The position numbers and the translations under genes were made by a program. Positions 49,356 through 58,560 of a DNA stretch of 64,000 nucleotides are shown here, one piece after another (the stretch's first letter is position 1; the number at the start of each line of letters is the position of its first letter). The notes below the pieces were generated by a model, which was given only the letters and a program-made list of their open reading frames with translations, had not been told where the DNA came from and searched no databases. Origin of the DNA: Candidatus Yanofskybacteria bacterium (GTDB taxonomy: Bacteria > Patescibacteriota > Minisyncoccia > 2-02-FULL-40-12 > IGHO2-01-FULL-4-A). The DNA is taken from NCBI GenBank assembly GCA_016185545.1, contig JACPNJ010000002.1, forward strand, positions 51,299-115,298, given 5' to 3'.

Positions 49356-51962
49356 TCAAATTATAAAATTAATCAAGCGGTTTTTGACGAAAATAATTTT
49401 TTTGATTTCCGTACCGGCGATGTGCTTTTTTATATTTTCTGACCCCAATGCTACCTCGCGGGCGGCAGTTTCATCAAGACCCGCCATCACCTCTATTACA
49501 TCTCTCGCCTTACCGTTGACTTGTACTACTAGTTTAATCGTTTCTTCAACTATAAGTTTAGGGTCATATTCCGGCCATTTTTCCAAATGAATTGATTTTT
49601 TATTACCCAGAGTATTCATCCATAATTCTTCTGTTAAGTGAGGGACAAATGGAGCGAGAAGTCTTAGAAACGTCTCAAGCTGTGGCTTAGAGATGCCCCT
49701 TGTTTTAGTGTGGGTAACCTTAAAACCCCCCGGACTAATGTCTGTCGTTTCCTCTTGTATTGAATTGAGTAATATCATTAGGGCGGAAACTGCGGTATTA
49801 AAACTTAATTTTTCGATATCTTCTGAAACTTTTTTTATTGTCTTGTGAAAAATATTAGATAAATCTATATTTCCTTCAGCGCTTTCATAAAATCTTAGGC
49901 TTTCTTTTTTGGATTTTATATTGTTTACGCTTGTATCTTCTCTGTAATTTTTTGACCAGGTATCAGCTAGCTTAACTATTCGATTCAATAGATTGCGCAC
50001 CCGTTCCATAAATCGACTGATTCCAATTATTCCTCCGGGGTTCCATGGTCCACCTTGTTCATACGGCCCCATAAAAGCCAAATACATTCTTACGGCGTCG
50101 GCGCCGTATTTTTTAACCAAATCGTCTGGGTTTATTACATTACCACGCGATTTAGACATTTTCTGGTTATCGGGTCCAAGGATTATGCCGTGATTTCTAC
50201 GTACAACAAACGGCTCGTTGAATTCAAGCAATCCAAGGTCATACATCGCCTTGGTAAAAAATCTCGAGTAAAGCAAATGCATGGTGTTGTGCTCCGCTCC
50301 CCCGACATAGAGATCAACCGGTAGCCAGTTTTTCATTTTGTCGGAATCTGCAAATGCCTTTTTATTGTGCGGATCAGCATAACGCAAGAAATACCATGAG
50401 GAATCCACAAATGTATCCATCGTATCCGTTTCCCGCTCTGCCTTACCGCCGCAATTTGGACATTTTACTTTCAGCCACTCCTTTGCTTTAGCTAATGGCG
50501 AACGGCCATCAGTTGACGGTTTGTAATCATCCAGTTTGGGTAGTTTAACCGGTAAATCTTTTTCGGGTACCGGCTTGTACCCGCATTTCGGACAGTTAAT
50601 CATCGGAATCGGCGTTCCCCAATATCGCTGGCGCGATAAAACCCAATCATGCAGTTTATAATTTGTCTTCCTTTCCGCCAAACCTTTTTTAGCCAACTTT
50701 TCAACAATTTCTTCACGGGCATCTTCTGACTTAAAACCAGTAAATTCTCTGGAATCTACCAAAACTCCATCTCCTTCATATGCCGAATCTCCGGACACCG
50801 AATGTTCAGAAGGTACATTCGATGTCCCCATATTGGACAACTCTTTAATTACCTGTTTCATCGGCAATTTGAACTTTTTCGCAAACTCAAAATCCCGTTC
50901 ATCGTGCGCCGGCACCGCCATCACCGCTCCGGTGCCGTACCAGCCAATCACATAATCGGCAACCCAAATTGGTATTTTTTCATTGTTAATCGGATTGACG
51001 GCATAAGCGCCGGTAAAAACACCTGTCTTTCCTTGCCCTTCCGTAGCTTTATGCGAAGGAGGGTCTTTTTCTAAACCCAAACGTTCAAGCTCTGATTTTT
51101 TCTTCGTTGTCTCAAGATATCTGCTGACCGAATCAAGGTACTGGTCTTTAGTAAGTTTTGTAATCAATGAATGTTCAGGAGCAAGCACTATATAAGTCGC
51201 GCCATATAGCGTATCGGCTCTTGTAGTAAAAACCTTAATGGTTTCGGTGGAATTTGGCAAAAGGAAATGGATTTCGGCGCCGCGCGAACGGCCTATCCAG
51301 TTACGCTGGGCAGTTTTAGTTACCTTCGGCCAATCAACTTTTTCTAAGTCATCTATCAGCTTATCAGCATAATCAGTAATTTTGTACATCCATTGGAACA
51401 TCTCTTTTTGCACTACTTCCGTACCACAACGATCGCAACAACCGTTAATTACCTGCTCATTTGCCAGCACCGTCTTGTCTTTTGGGCACCAATTAACAAA
51501 AGTTTTAGCCCGATAAGCCAAGCCCTTTTTATAAAACTGCAGGAAAATCCATTGTGTCCATTTATAATAATCTAGATCCATGGTTGATACCGCGCGTGAC
51601 CAGTCAAAAGCTGCCCCCATGCTTTTGAGCTGTTTGGTCATATAAGCAATATTTTTGCGGGTCCAATCTTCCGGCTGGAGATTGTTTTTTATTGCGGCGT
51701 TTTCTGCCGGCAAACCGAAAGCGTCAAAACCAATCGGATACATCACATTCTTGCCCTTCATCCGCCAGTATCGCACGGCGATGTCCGGCACTGAAAACGC
51801 GTACCAATGTCCGATATGCAAGTCACCCGACGGATACGGAAACTCTACAAGAAAATAAAGGTTTTCTTTTTTGGTGGCTTTATCCTTAACAGCATAAAAC
51901 TTCTTGGCTTCCCAGTATTTTTGCCACTTTTTTTCTATTTTTGAGGAATTATATTTAATCAT
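49356..51962 (-). CDS. leuS: leucyl-tRNA synthetase
   Basis: HIGH-type motif (GDLHIGHWYAF); KMSKS (QKMSKSRGN); 868 aa. Confidence 0.95.
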   Translation of the reverse strand: MIKYNSSKIEKKWQKYWEAKKFYAVKDKATKKENLYFLVEFPYPSGDLHIGHWYAFSVPDIAVRYWRMKGKNVMYPIGFDAFGLPAENAAIKNNLQPEDWTRKNIAYMTKQLKSMGAAFDWSRAVSTMDLDYYKWTQWIFLQFYKKGLAYRAKTFVNWCPKDKTVLANEQVINGCCDRCGTEVVQKEMFQWMYKITDYADKLIDDLEKVDWPKVTKTAQRNWIGRSRGAEIHFLLPNSTETIKVFTTRADTLYGATYIVLAPEHSLITKLTKDQYLDSVSRYLETTKKKSELERLGLEKDPPSHKATEGQGKTGVFTGAYAVNPINNEKIPIWVADYVIGWYGTGAVMAVPAHDERDFEFAKKFKLPMKQVIKELSNMGTSNVPSEHSVSGDSAYEGDGVLVDSREFTGFKSEDAREEIVEKLAKKGLAERKTNYKLHDWVLSRQRYWGTPIPMINCPKCGYKPVPEKDLPVKLPKLDDYKPSTDGRSPLAKAKEWLKVKCPNCGGKAERETDTMDTFVDSSWYFLRYADPHNKKAFADSDKMKNWLPVDLYVGGAEHNTMHLLYSRFFTKAMYDLGLLEFNEPFVVRRNHGIILGPDNQKMSKSRGNVINPDDLVKKYGADAVRMYLAFMGPYEQGGPWNPGGIIGISRFMERVRNLLNRIVKLADTWSKNYREDTSVNNIKSKKESLRFYESAEGNIDLSNIFHKTIKKVSEDIEKLSFNTAVSALMILLNSIQEETTDISPGGFKVTHTKTRGISKPQLETFLRLLAPFVPHLTEELWMNTLGNKKSIHLEKWPEYDPKLIVEETIKLVVQVNGKARDVIEVMAGLDETAAREVALGSENIKKHIAGTEIKKIIFVKNRLINFII

Positions 51963-52716
51963 TTAAACCAAAAAGTTTTAGAGTATTTTTTGTGGTTTGT
52001 TCTGTTACTTCTTCAACGGGGATATTTTTCAGTTCAGCAATTTTTTTGGCGACTTCTATAACATAGGATGGCTCATTGCGCTTGCCACGATAAGGTTCGG
52101 GGGTCAGATAAGGCGCGTCTGTTTCAATAAGGGTTCTGGTTAATGGCGTATTGATTACCGCTTCATTGTATTGATCAGTAAAAGTTATTATACCATTGAA
52201 ACCGATAAAGAATCCTTTAGCTAAAAATTTTTCTGCCGTTTTAAAGTCGGAAGTAAATGAATGAATAACACCGGAAATTTTAGAATTTCCAATGATTTTA
52301 AGCAGGTCATCATAGGCTTCTCTGCAATGAATTATCAACGGTTTCTTGTTTGACATGGCAAGGTCAAGAAATTCTATAAACATTTCTTTCTGTTTGTTTT
52401 GCAAGATCTTGTCTTTGATTCTATAATAGTCAAGCCCAACTTCTCCAACCGCAACAACCTTGTTGTGTTTAATAAATTTCTCATAAGCAGCTCTTGTTGG
52501 TTCCTGGACTTCCGATACTTCAGTAGGGTGCAATCCGGCGCTTGCCCATATGCTGTCGTATTTTTCTGACAACTCAACCGCCTTTTGGGACATCTCCAAA
52601 TCCGTTCCAACACAAATCATGTGGACATTGGTATCCAGCGCGCGTTTAATTACTTCTTCTCTGTCTTGGTCGTATTGAGAAAATTGCGGATGACAATGTG
52701 AATCAATAATCGTCAT
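51955..52716 (-). CDS. tatD: TatD-family metal-dependent hydrolase
   Basis: IDSHCHPQF N-terminus; 253 aa. Confidence 0.85.
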   Translation of the reverse strand: MTIIDSHCHPQFSQYDQDREEVIKRALDTNVHMICVGTDLEMSQKAVELSEKYDSIWASAGLHPTEVSEVQEPTRAAYEKFIKHNKVVAVGEVGLDYYRIKDKILQNKQKEMFIEFLDLAMSNKKPLIIHCREAYDDLLKIIGNSKISGVIHSFTSDFKTAEKFLAKGFFIGFNGIITFTDQYNEAVINTPLTRTLIETDAPYLTPEPYRGKRNEPSYVIEVAKKIAELKNIPVEEVTEQTTKNTLKLFGLND

Positions 52717-54206
52717 TTTAATCTGGGAAACAGTGGTTCAATTTTTGTAACCGCAAACTTTTTACCAGCTAATTTCTGGTCTTGCGATGACCAGATATTT
52801 GAACCAAAGGTTTTATAAATTTTGTCTGCGGTTTCGGGCAGGAATGGCTTGATAAACCAAGCGGCATTCAGAATAATGCCAAGCGTGGTGGTCAAAGTTT
52901 TTAATAAATGACTGGGGTCGTCATCTTTTGCCCAGGGCTTATGAAAATCAATAAAAGAGTTGGCATAGCCAAGCAAATCCCAAACCGCAGTCAACGCTTC
53001 GTGCAAACGAAACTCATCAATAGCTTTTTTATATTTTTCTGCCGTTTCTTCAATCTTTTGGCGCGATTCGCTGTCAAAAAATTTATCATCAAAATTTAAC
53101 TCGCCGTTAAGTTTTGTTTCAATCAGTTTTGCCACTCGGCTCACTAGATTGCCGAGGTTATTGGCGAGGTCGCCATTATATCTGTCCTCCAGTTTTTTAT
53201 ATGAAAAATCACCATCTTCGGTTGAAGGTATTTCACGCAAGAGATAATAGCGGACCGGATCAACGCCGTATTTTTTGACGGCTTCTTCAGGCGAAATAAC
53301 ATTGCCTAGCGATTTACTAATTTTTTCACCATCAATTGAAACATAACCATGGATATAGATTAACTTGGGCAATAGTAAACCAGCAGCAAGAAGCATAGCC
53401 GGCCAGTAGATCGCGTGAAAGCGCAAAATTCCCTTACCGATAGCATGGACATCTGCCGGCCACCACTTTTTAAAATTTTCCTCGTCTCGGCCATATCCAA
53501 TAGCGGTAATATAGTTGGCTAACGCGTCAAACCAAACATATTGCACCTGCGTCGGGTCGTCCGGCACGGGTATTCCCCAGCTTAGCTTTTCTATCGGACG
53601 TGAAACGCTGAAATCTTCCGCGTCTTCAAGTAAGTTTAGCACTTCATTGCCGCGGTTTTCAGGTACAATTTTAAGTTCACCCGACTCAACTAACTTTTTA
53701 ATTTCCTTCTTGTATTTTGTCAGTTTAAAAAAGTAGTTTTTTTCCTTGACTACTTCGGGTTTGCTATGATGTTCCGGGCACTCGCCATCAATCAGATCTT
53801 TTTTGTTCACGAATGCCTCACAGCCAACACAATACAGGCCCTCGTATTCTTTAAGGTAAATATCCCTGGAACAGGCGCGCCAAAGTTTTTGCGCTCCCGG
53901 CCAATGCCGTACCCTGTCGCTTGTCCTGATAAAATCATCATATGAAATATTGAGAACCTTTTTGAGCTTGGCAAATTCAGCAGAATTACGGTCAACATAT
54001 TCTTGGAAGCCGATTCCCTCCTCTTGGGCACTTCTATATACCTTAAGGCCGTGTTCATCCACGCCAGTCAAAAACCATACATCATTACCCAGAGCACGAT
54101 GATAACGAGCCAAAACATCCGCTTGCACAATCTCCAAGCCAAAACCAATGTGCGGCTTGCCATTCGGGTAAGGAATCGCGGTTGTAATATAATATTTACT
54201 AATAAT
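52713..54206 (-). CDS. metG: methionyl-tRNA synthetase, start upstream of the tracked ORF and non-ATG
   Basis: KMSKS-type motif GEKISKSLGN. The in-frame extension upstream of the tracked TTG start encodes the conserved YITTAIPYPNGKPHIGF HIGH-region. No ATG/GTG/TTG lies between the stop at 54225 and this region. Confidence 0.8.
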   Translation of the reverse strand: MISKYYITTAIPYPNGKPHIGFGLEIVQADVLARYHRALGNDVWFLTGVDEHGLKVYRSAQEEGIGFQEYVDRNSAEFAKLKKVLNISYDDFIRTSDRVRHWPGAQKLWRACSRDIYLKEYEGLYCVGCEAFVNKKDLIDGECPEHHSKPEVVKEKNYFFKLTKYKKEIKKLVESGELKIVPENRGNEVLNLLEDAEDFSVSRPIEKLSWGIPVPDDPTQVQYVWFDALANYITAIGYGRDEENFKKWWPADVHAIGKGILRFHAIYWPAMLLAAGLLLPKLIYIHGYVSIDGEKISKSLGNVISPEEAVKKYGVDPVRYYLLREIPSTEDGDFSYKKLEDRYNGDLANNLGNLVSRVAKLIETKLNGELNFDDKFFDSESRQKIEETAEKYKKAIDEFRLHEALTAVWDLLGYANSFIDFHKPWAKDDDPSHLLKTLTTTLGIILNAAWFIKPFLPETADKIYKTFGSNIWSSQDQKLAGKKFAVTKIEPLFPRLK

Positions 54207-54209
54207 ATA

Positions 54210-54234
54210 AAAGTAGCCCGCGGGCTACTTTTAT
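54210..54234. terminator. perfect palindrome aaaagtagcccg/cgggctactttt
   Basis: sits between the AI-2E transporter stop and the metG start region. Confidence 0.55.
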
Positions 54235-54265
54235 ATTATACAAAAAGTTAAGAAAAATCCATTTT

Positions 54266-55318
54266 TTACTCCACCACAACCGCCTTGCGGCTTTCTTTGT
54301 GTTTGGCAATATCATCGAGAATTTCCACAATGATTACTGCCACTGGCACGGCTAATATTATACCCAAAATTCCGGCAATTTTACCGCCAACAAGCAGGGC
54401 AATAATTACTGTCACCGGATTGAGACCAAGCGTTTTGCCGAGTATTAGCGGCGCGAAAATATGGCTTTCAATTTGCTGGACCGCAACATAGAAAACTACT
54501 ACCCACATACCCAAAGCTGGCGATTGAGTAAAAGCAAAAATAACTCCCGGGATAGCTGATATTACCGGCCCAACAACCGGAACAATTTCCAAAATCATAG
54601 CCAACACGCCAAGCAATAAGGCATATTTAACATGAAACAAGGAGAGACCCACGAAAACTATAAGTCCCACCGAAAGAGCCATCAAAAGCTGTCCCTGCAA
54701 CCAGCGTCCCACTTTATATTCCGCTCTCTTCCAAAGACTTATGACATAATCCTCGTATTTCTCCGGTAATATCGAGCCAATAAATCCGATTATACCGCGA
54801 CGCATTACCGAAAGATAAAAAGAAATGATGATAATAGCGACAAAAGATAGGACGCCGCCAAAAATATTAACCACTAAATTAATCGCCGATTGGGAATAAG
54901 CCTGCAAAAGTTGGGAAAAACTATCCAGTAAATTCTGGATTTCACTAAAAAAGTCAAAATAACGGCTTGAGGTAGTCTGCTGAGCCTTTTCAAGAGCTCC
55001 TGAAAGACTGGAAACAAATTTGGGTAGAGCTTGGGTTAGCTGGCCTATTTCAGATGCTAAAAATGGCACTACCAGCGAGAGCAGGAAAATCACCAGTCCG
55101 AAAAACGCCAGATATAAAAACAATACTCCCAAAAGGCGAGGAATTTTTTTCTCTTCAAGCCAGTTGGCGAAAGGTCCAACAGCGGAAGCGATAATTATCG
55201 CCAAAAACAAAATAACAATCACGTCCCTGACCAGATACAGAAAAACCAAACCCAGGAGGACAAATACCACCTTGAAAATTGCGGATGTATGGATGTCAAT
55301 GGTTTGATGCTCGTTCAA
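54266..55318 (-). CDS. AI-2E family transporter (PerM/TqsA-like)
   Basis: 350-aa polytopic membrane protein with a characteristic AI-2E profile. Confidence 0.75.
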   Translation of the reverse strand: MNEHQTIDIHTSAIFKVVFVLLGLVFLYLVRDVIVILFLAIIIASAVGPFANWLEEKKIPRLLGVLFLYLAFFGLVIFLLSLVVPFLASEIGQLTQALPKFVSSLSGALEKAQQTTSSRYFDFFSEIQNLLDSFSQLLQAYSQSAINLVVNIFGGVLSFVAIIIISFYLSVMRRGIIGFIGSILPEKYEDYVISLWKRAEYKVGRWLQGQLLMALSVGLIVFVGLSLFHVKYALLLGVLAMILEIVPVVGPVISAIPGVIFAFTQSPALGMWVVVFYVAVQQIESHIFAPLILGKTLGLNPVTVIIALLVGGKIAGILGIILAVPVAVIIVEILDDIAKHKESRKAVVVE

Positions 55319-55395
55319 TCAGGTTACAGGTTACAGGTTACAGGTTACAGGTTTTTACTGGCACCTGAACCCTGACACCTGAAACCTAGTTTATA
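55319..55395. repeat. AGGTTAC x4 heptamer array plus complementary CCTGAAC/CCTGACA arm
   Basis: caggttacaggttacaggttacaggttacagg ... cacctgaaccctgacacctgaaacctag. Confidence 0.7.
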
Positions 55396-56727
55396 CTACC
55401 ACGAATTCAAAATATTTTTAATCTCCGGCTGTTCGCCCTCCAGTGGCCCGATGATGGCAAGATTTAATTTTTCCGGTTTGAAAACATCGCGAGCGACCTC
55501 CAAAATATCCTCGCGCGTTACCGCTGTTATTTTTGCCAGCCGCTGCTCGGGTGTCTCAATTTTATGTTCCAATAACTCCTGCTCACCGTAGAAAGACGCC
55601 ATATCGTCCGACTGTTCAAGACCGATTACGAATGATCCCTGAATTTGATCTTTTACTCTTTTTAGTTCTTTTTCGCTTACCGGTTCTTTTGTCAGTTTTT
55701 TATGTTCAGCTAAAATCACTCTTAATCCTTCGAGTAAGTTAGCATTATTGAGGCCGGCATAAGTTACAAGGTTGCCGGTTTCATTGTAAGCAGTTACGCC
55801 GGTGCGAACCCTATAAGCCAAACCGAGTTTTTCTCTGACTTCCACAAAAAGCCGCGAGCTCATTCCTCCGCCGAGTATTATTGCTAATATTTCCAACGCT
55901 TCGTATTTAGGATGAAAGCGGCTATAAGAACGGAAGCCGATGTTTATATGGGTCTGGTCTGTCTTTTTGTATTCAACTATCAGCCGCGGTTCTTTTTGAT
56001 CTTCGCTTACTATCAGCGGCTCGGTTCGTTTGCCTTTGCGGATGTTATCAAAATATTTGTTAATTTTTTTCTTTATCTCATCAGTATTTATATTACCGGC
56101 AACGGCGATAACAGTATTATTATCAAAATAGTGAGTTTTAAAATAATCAAGCAGGTCTTGGTGGCGCATTTTGTCTATATTTCCCTTGGTACCACCGACA
56201 TCCCAGCCCAATGGCTGGTCACCATACATAAGAGTTTCAAAAATCTCGGCAACCCGTCGCGACGGATTATCCATGTACATATTGAGTTCCTCTTTTATCG
56301 GCCCTCGTTCCTTATCCATCTCTTTTCCGTCAAATTTTGAATTCAAGAAAATATCCGAAATAACATCCAGGGCGGTATCAATTTTATCAGCGGCGCATTT
56401 TACATAATAACCGGTATATTCTTTGGAGGTAAAAGCGTTATATTCGGCGCCTAAAGAATCTAATTCCTGCGAAATATCCAGAGTCCCCGGGCGTTTTGTC
56501 GTACCTTTGAACGTCATATGTTCAAGGAAATGAGAAATGCCGTTTACTTCTTTGGTCTCATAACGCGAGCCGGTTGCAACCATTACCAAAACCGTCACAC
56601 TCTTGGTATACTCCATCGGCACAGTTACCAATCTTAACCCATTGGGGTAGGTGTGGAGATTGAAATGGTTATGAGAACTTAGAGAAATCATTGACCATAT
56701 TTTAGCATAGCCACAATGTTTTGACAA
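55396..56727 (-). CDS. M16-family (insulinase-like) zinc peptidase
   Basis: inverted zincin motif HxxEH (HFLEHMTFKGT). Confidence 0.85.
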   Translation of the reverse strand: MSKHCGYAKIWSMISLSSHNHFNLHTYPNGLRLVTVPMEYTKSVTVLVMVATGSRYETKEVNGISHFLEHMTFKGTTKRPGTLDISQELDSLGAEYNAFTSKEYTGYYVKCAADKIDTALDVISDIFLNSKFDGKEMDKERGPIKEELNMYMDNPSRRVAEIFETLMYGDQPLGWDVGGTKGNIDKMRHQDLLDYFKTHYFDNNTVIAVAGNINTDEIKKKINKYFDNIRKGKRTEPLIVSEDQKEPRLIVEYKKTDQTHINIGFRSYSRFHPKYEALEILAIILGGGMSSRLFVEVREKLGLAYRVRTGVTAYNETGNLVTYAGLNNANLLEGLRVILAEHKKLTKEPVSEKELKRVKDQIQGSFVIGLEQSDDMASFYGEQELLEHKIETPEQRLAKITAVTREDILEVARDVFKPEKLNLAIIGPLEGEQPEIKNILNSW

Positions 56728-56797
56728 ATAAATTCGGGATGTTATACTAAAAAAAGTTGTGATATTTTGCCAATGAAATTTTTTGGAGGCATAAAAA

Positions 56798-57118
56798 ATG
56801 ATTGGAAATCAGCAACAACAGATCATTGACATTATTCAACGTGCCACAAGAAAACCACAAGGCCAAGAGTGTTGGCAATTAAGAAAATCTGGGGGATGTC
56901 TTGAATGTGGTGGGTTTGCCACCAAGACTGTCCTAGGATGTCATGATTACCATTGCCCACAGACCGATCATAGAAGCTGTGGGGAAACAAGTATTACTTG
57001 CCCCCACTGTGCCGGAACGGGTCTGGGCGTTGTGGCGCTTTTCCAATTACTTCACGATATAGGGCAAATTGTCGGCATTAAAGTTAATATTCCAACAAGA
57101 CAAGACCTTCGCGGATAG
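56798..57118 (+). CDS. small Cys-rich protein with DnaJ-type CxxCxGxG zinc-finger motifs
   Basis: CLECGG and CPHCAGTG motifs; 106 aa. Confidence 0.45.
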   Translation: MIGNQQQQIIDIIQRATRKPQGQECWQLRKSGGCLECGGFATKTVLGCHDYHCPQTDHRSCGETSITCPHCAGTGLGVVALFQLLHDIGQIVGIKVNIPTRQDLRG

Positions 57119-57163
57119 ATAATAGATTTACGTATAACTGTGCCCATGTTAAAACTGGGCTTT

Positions 57164-58558
57164 TTAATTATTTAACTTTTCAGTTAAGTGGTCTGGTAGC
57201 TGGTCAACTTCTACTCTCTCCTGTTTCATTGTATCGCGGTCGCGGACGGTAACCTTACCATCCTTTGGGGAGTCAAAATCAAAAGTTACGCAAAATGGCG
57301 TGCCGATTTCGTCTTGGCGGCGATAGCGCTTACCGATAGATGCCGTCTCGTCGTATTGGCACATGAAATGTTTTTGCAAGTCACGGTAAATTTCATAAGC
57401 TGGCTTGGTCAGTTCCTCTTTACGCGATAATGGCAAAACCGCGATTTTTATCGGCGCAAGCATCTTCGGCAATCGCAGAACTACTTCTTTTCCATGCACC
57501 GCCTCTTCGTCGCCGCTTCTTGGTTCAACTTCGTCATAACTATTGATCAATACTGCCAGCATTAACCTTTCCAAACCAGTTGTCGGCTCCACTACATAAG
57601 GCAAAAATTCTTCGCCAGTTTCCGGATCTTTATATTTCAAATTCTGACCCGATAACTTTTCGTGGTTTTTTAAGTCAAAATCGGTCCTTGAAGCCAAACC
57701 GGTCAACTCGCCCCAACCGAAAGGAAACTCGTATTCCAAATCCACGGTACCTTTTGAGTAATGCGCCAGTTTTTCTTTAGGATGTTCATATCTTCTGACT
57801 TTATTTTTGACCAATCTCAAATCATCAATTAAAAATTTCTCAAGAAGTTTATCCCAGTTTTTATAATGCTCGTCTTCAGTGCCGGGTTTAACAAAATATT
57901 CCAGTTCGGCAATAGTAAATTCCTTGGTGCGAAAAATAAAGTTACCGGTGGTAATCTCGTTACGGAATGCTTTGCCGATCTGTGCTATGCCGAATGGCAA
58001 CCGCTTGCGCGTTGTTTCAAGAACCGTCTTAAAATCGGTAAACATTGTCTGGGCCAGTTCCCCTCGTAAATAAGCAACATGCTGCTGGTCCTCTACCGGA
58101 CCGATATAGGTTTTGAAAAGCAAATTAAAATTCTTAGGTTCTGTCCAGATGTCGCTACCCCGAGGTTGAACCTCTTTACTTAGAGGCTTACTTAGAGGCT
58201 CAGCCTCTAAGTGATTTTGGGCGTGTTCTTTTAGTTCATCCTCCTTATCGGAACGGAACCTCTCATGGCAAATTTTGCATTCTACCAATGGGTCGGTGAA
58301 ACTCTGCAAGTGACCTGACGCTTCCCAAACTTTAGGATTCATAATGACCGGGCCACGCAAGCCGACCATATCATCGCGTTCCTGAACAAATTTTCTCCAC
58401 CATAAGCTTGCGATATTATTGAACAGCTCATTGCCAAGATGTCCGAGATCCCAGCTATTGGCCAGCCCGCCGTATATCTCGCTTCCAGGAAAAACAAAAC
58501 CACGCCGCTTGCTTAGCGAAACGACTTTTTCCAGTAAATTTTCTTTTTCTTTAACCAT
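57164..58558 (-). CDS. glyS: glycyl-tRNA synthetase (alpha2, archaeal/eukaryotic type)
   Basis: N-terminal RRGFVFPGSEIYGGLANSWDLGHLG; class II motifs; in-frame palindromic-repeat insertion at 58161..58207. Confidence 0.9.
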   Translation of the reverse strand: MVKEKENLLEKVVSLSKRRGFVFPGSEIYGGLANSWDLGHLGNELFNNIASLWWRKFVQERDDMVGLRGPVIMNPKVWEASGHLQSFTDPLVECKICHERFRSDKEDELKEHAQNHLEAEPLSKPLSKEVQPRGSDIWTEPKNFNLLFKTYIGPVEDQQHVAYLRGELAQTMFTDFKTVLETTRKRLPFGIAQIGKAFRNEITTGNFIFRTKEFTIAELEYFVKPGTEDEHYKNWDKLLEKFLIDDLRLVKNKVRRYEHPKEKLAHYSKGTVDLEYEFPFGWGELTGLASRTDFDLKNHEKLSGQNLKYKDPETGEEFLPYVVEPTTGLERLMLAVLINSYDEVEPRSGDEEAVHGKEVVLRLPKMLAPIKIAVLPLSRKEELTKPAYEIYRDLQKHFMCQYDETASIGKRYRRQDEIGTPFCVTFDFDSPKDGKVTVRDRDTMKQERVEVDQLPDHLTEKLNN

Positions 58559-58560
58559 AA

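Noticed and set aside
49156-49590. 144-aa plus-strand ORF
   Set aside because: Antisense overlap with the 3' end of leuS, which has strong motif support; spurious.
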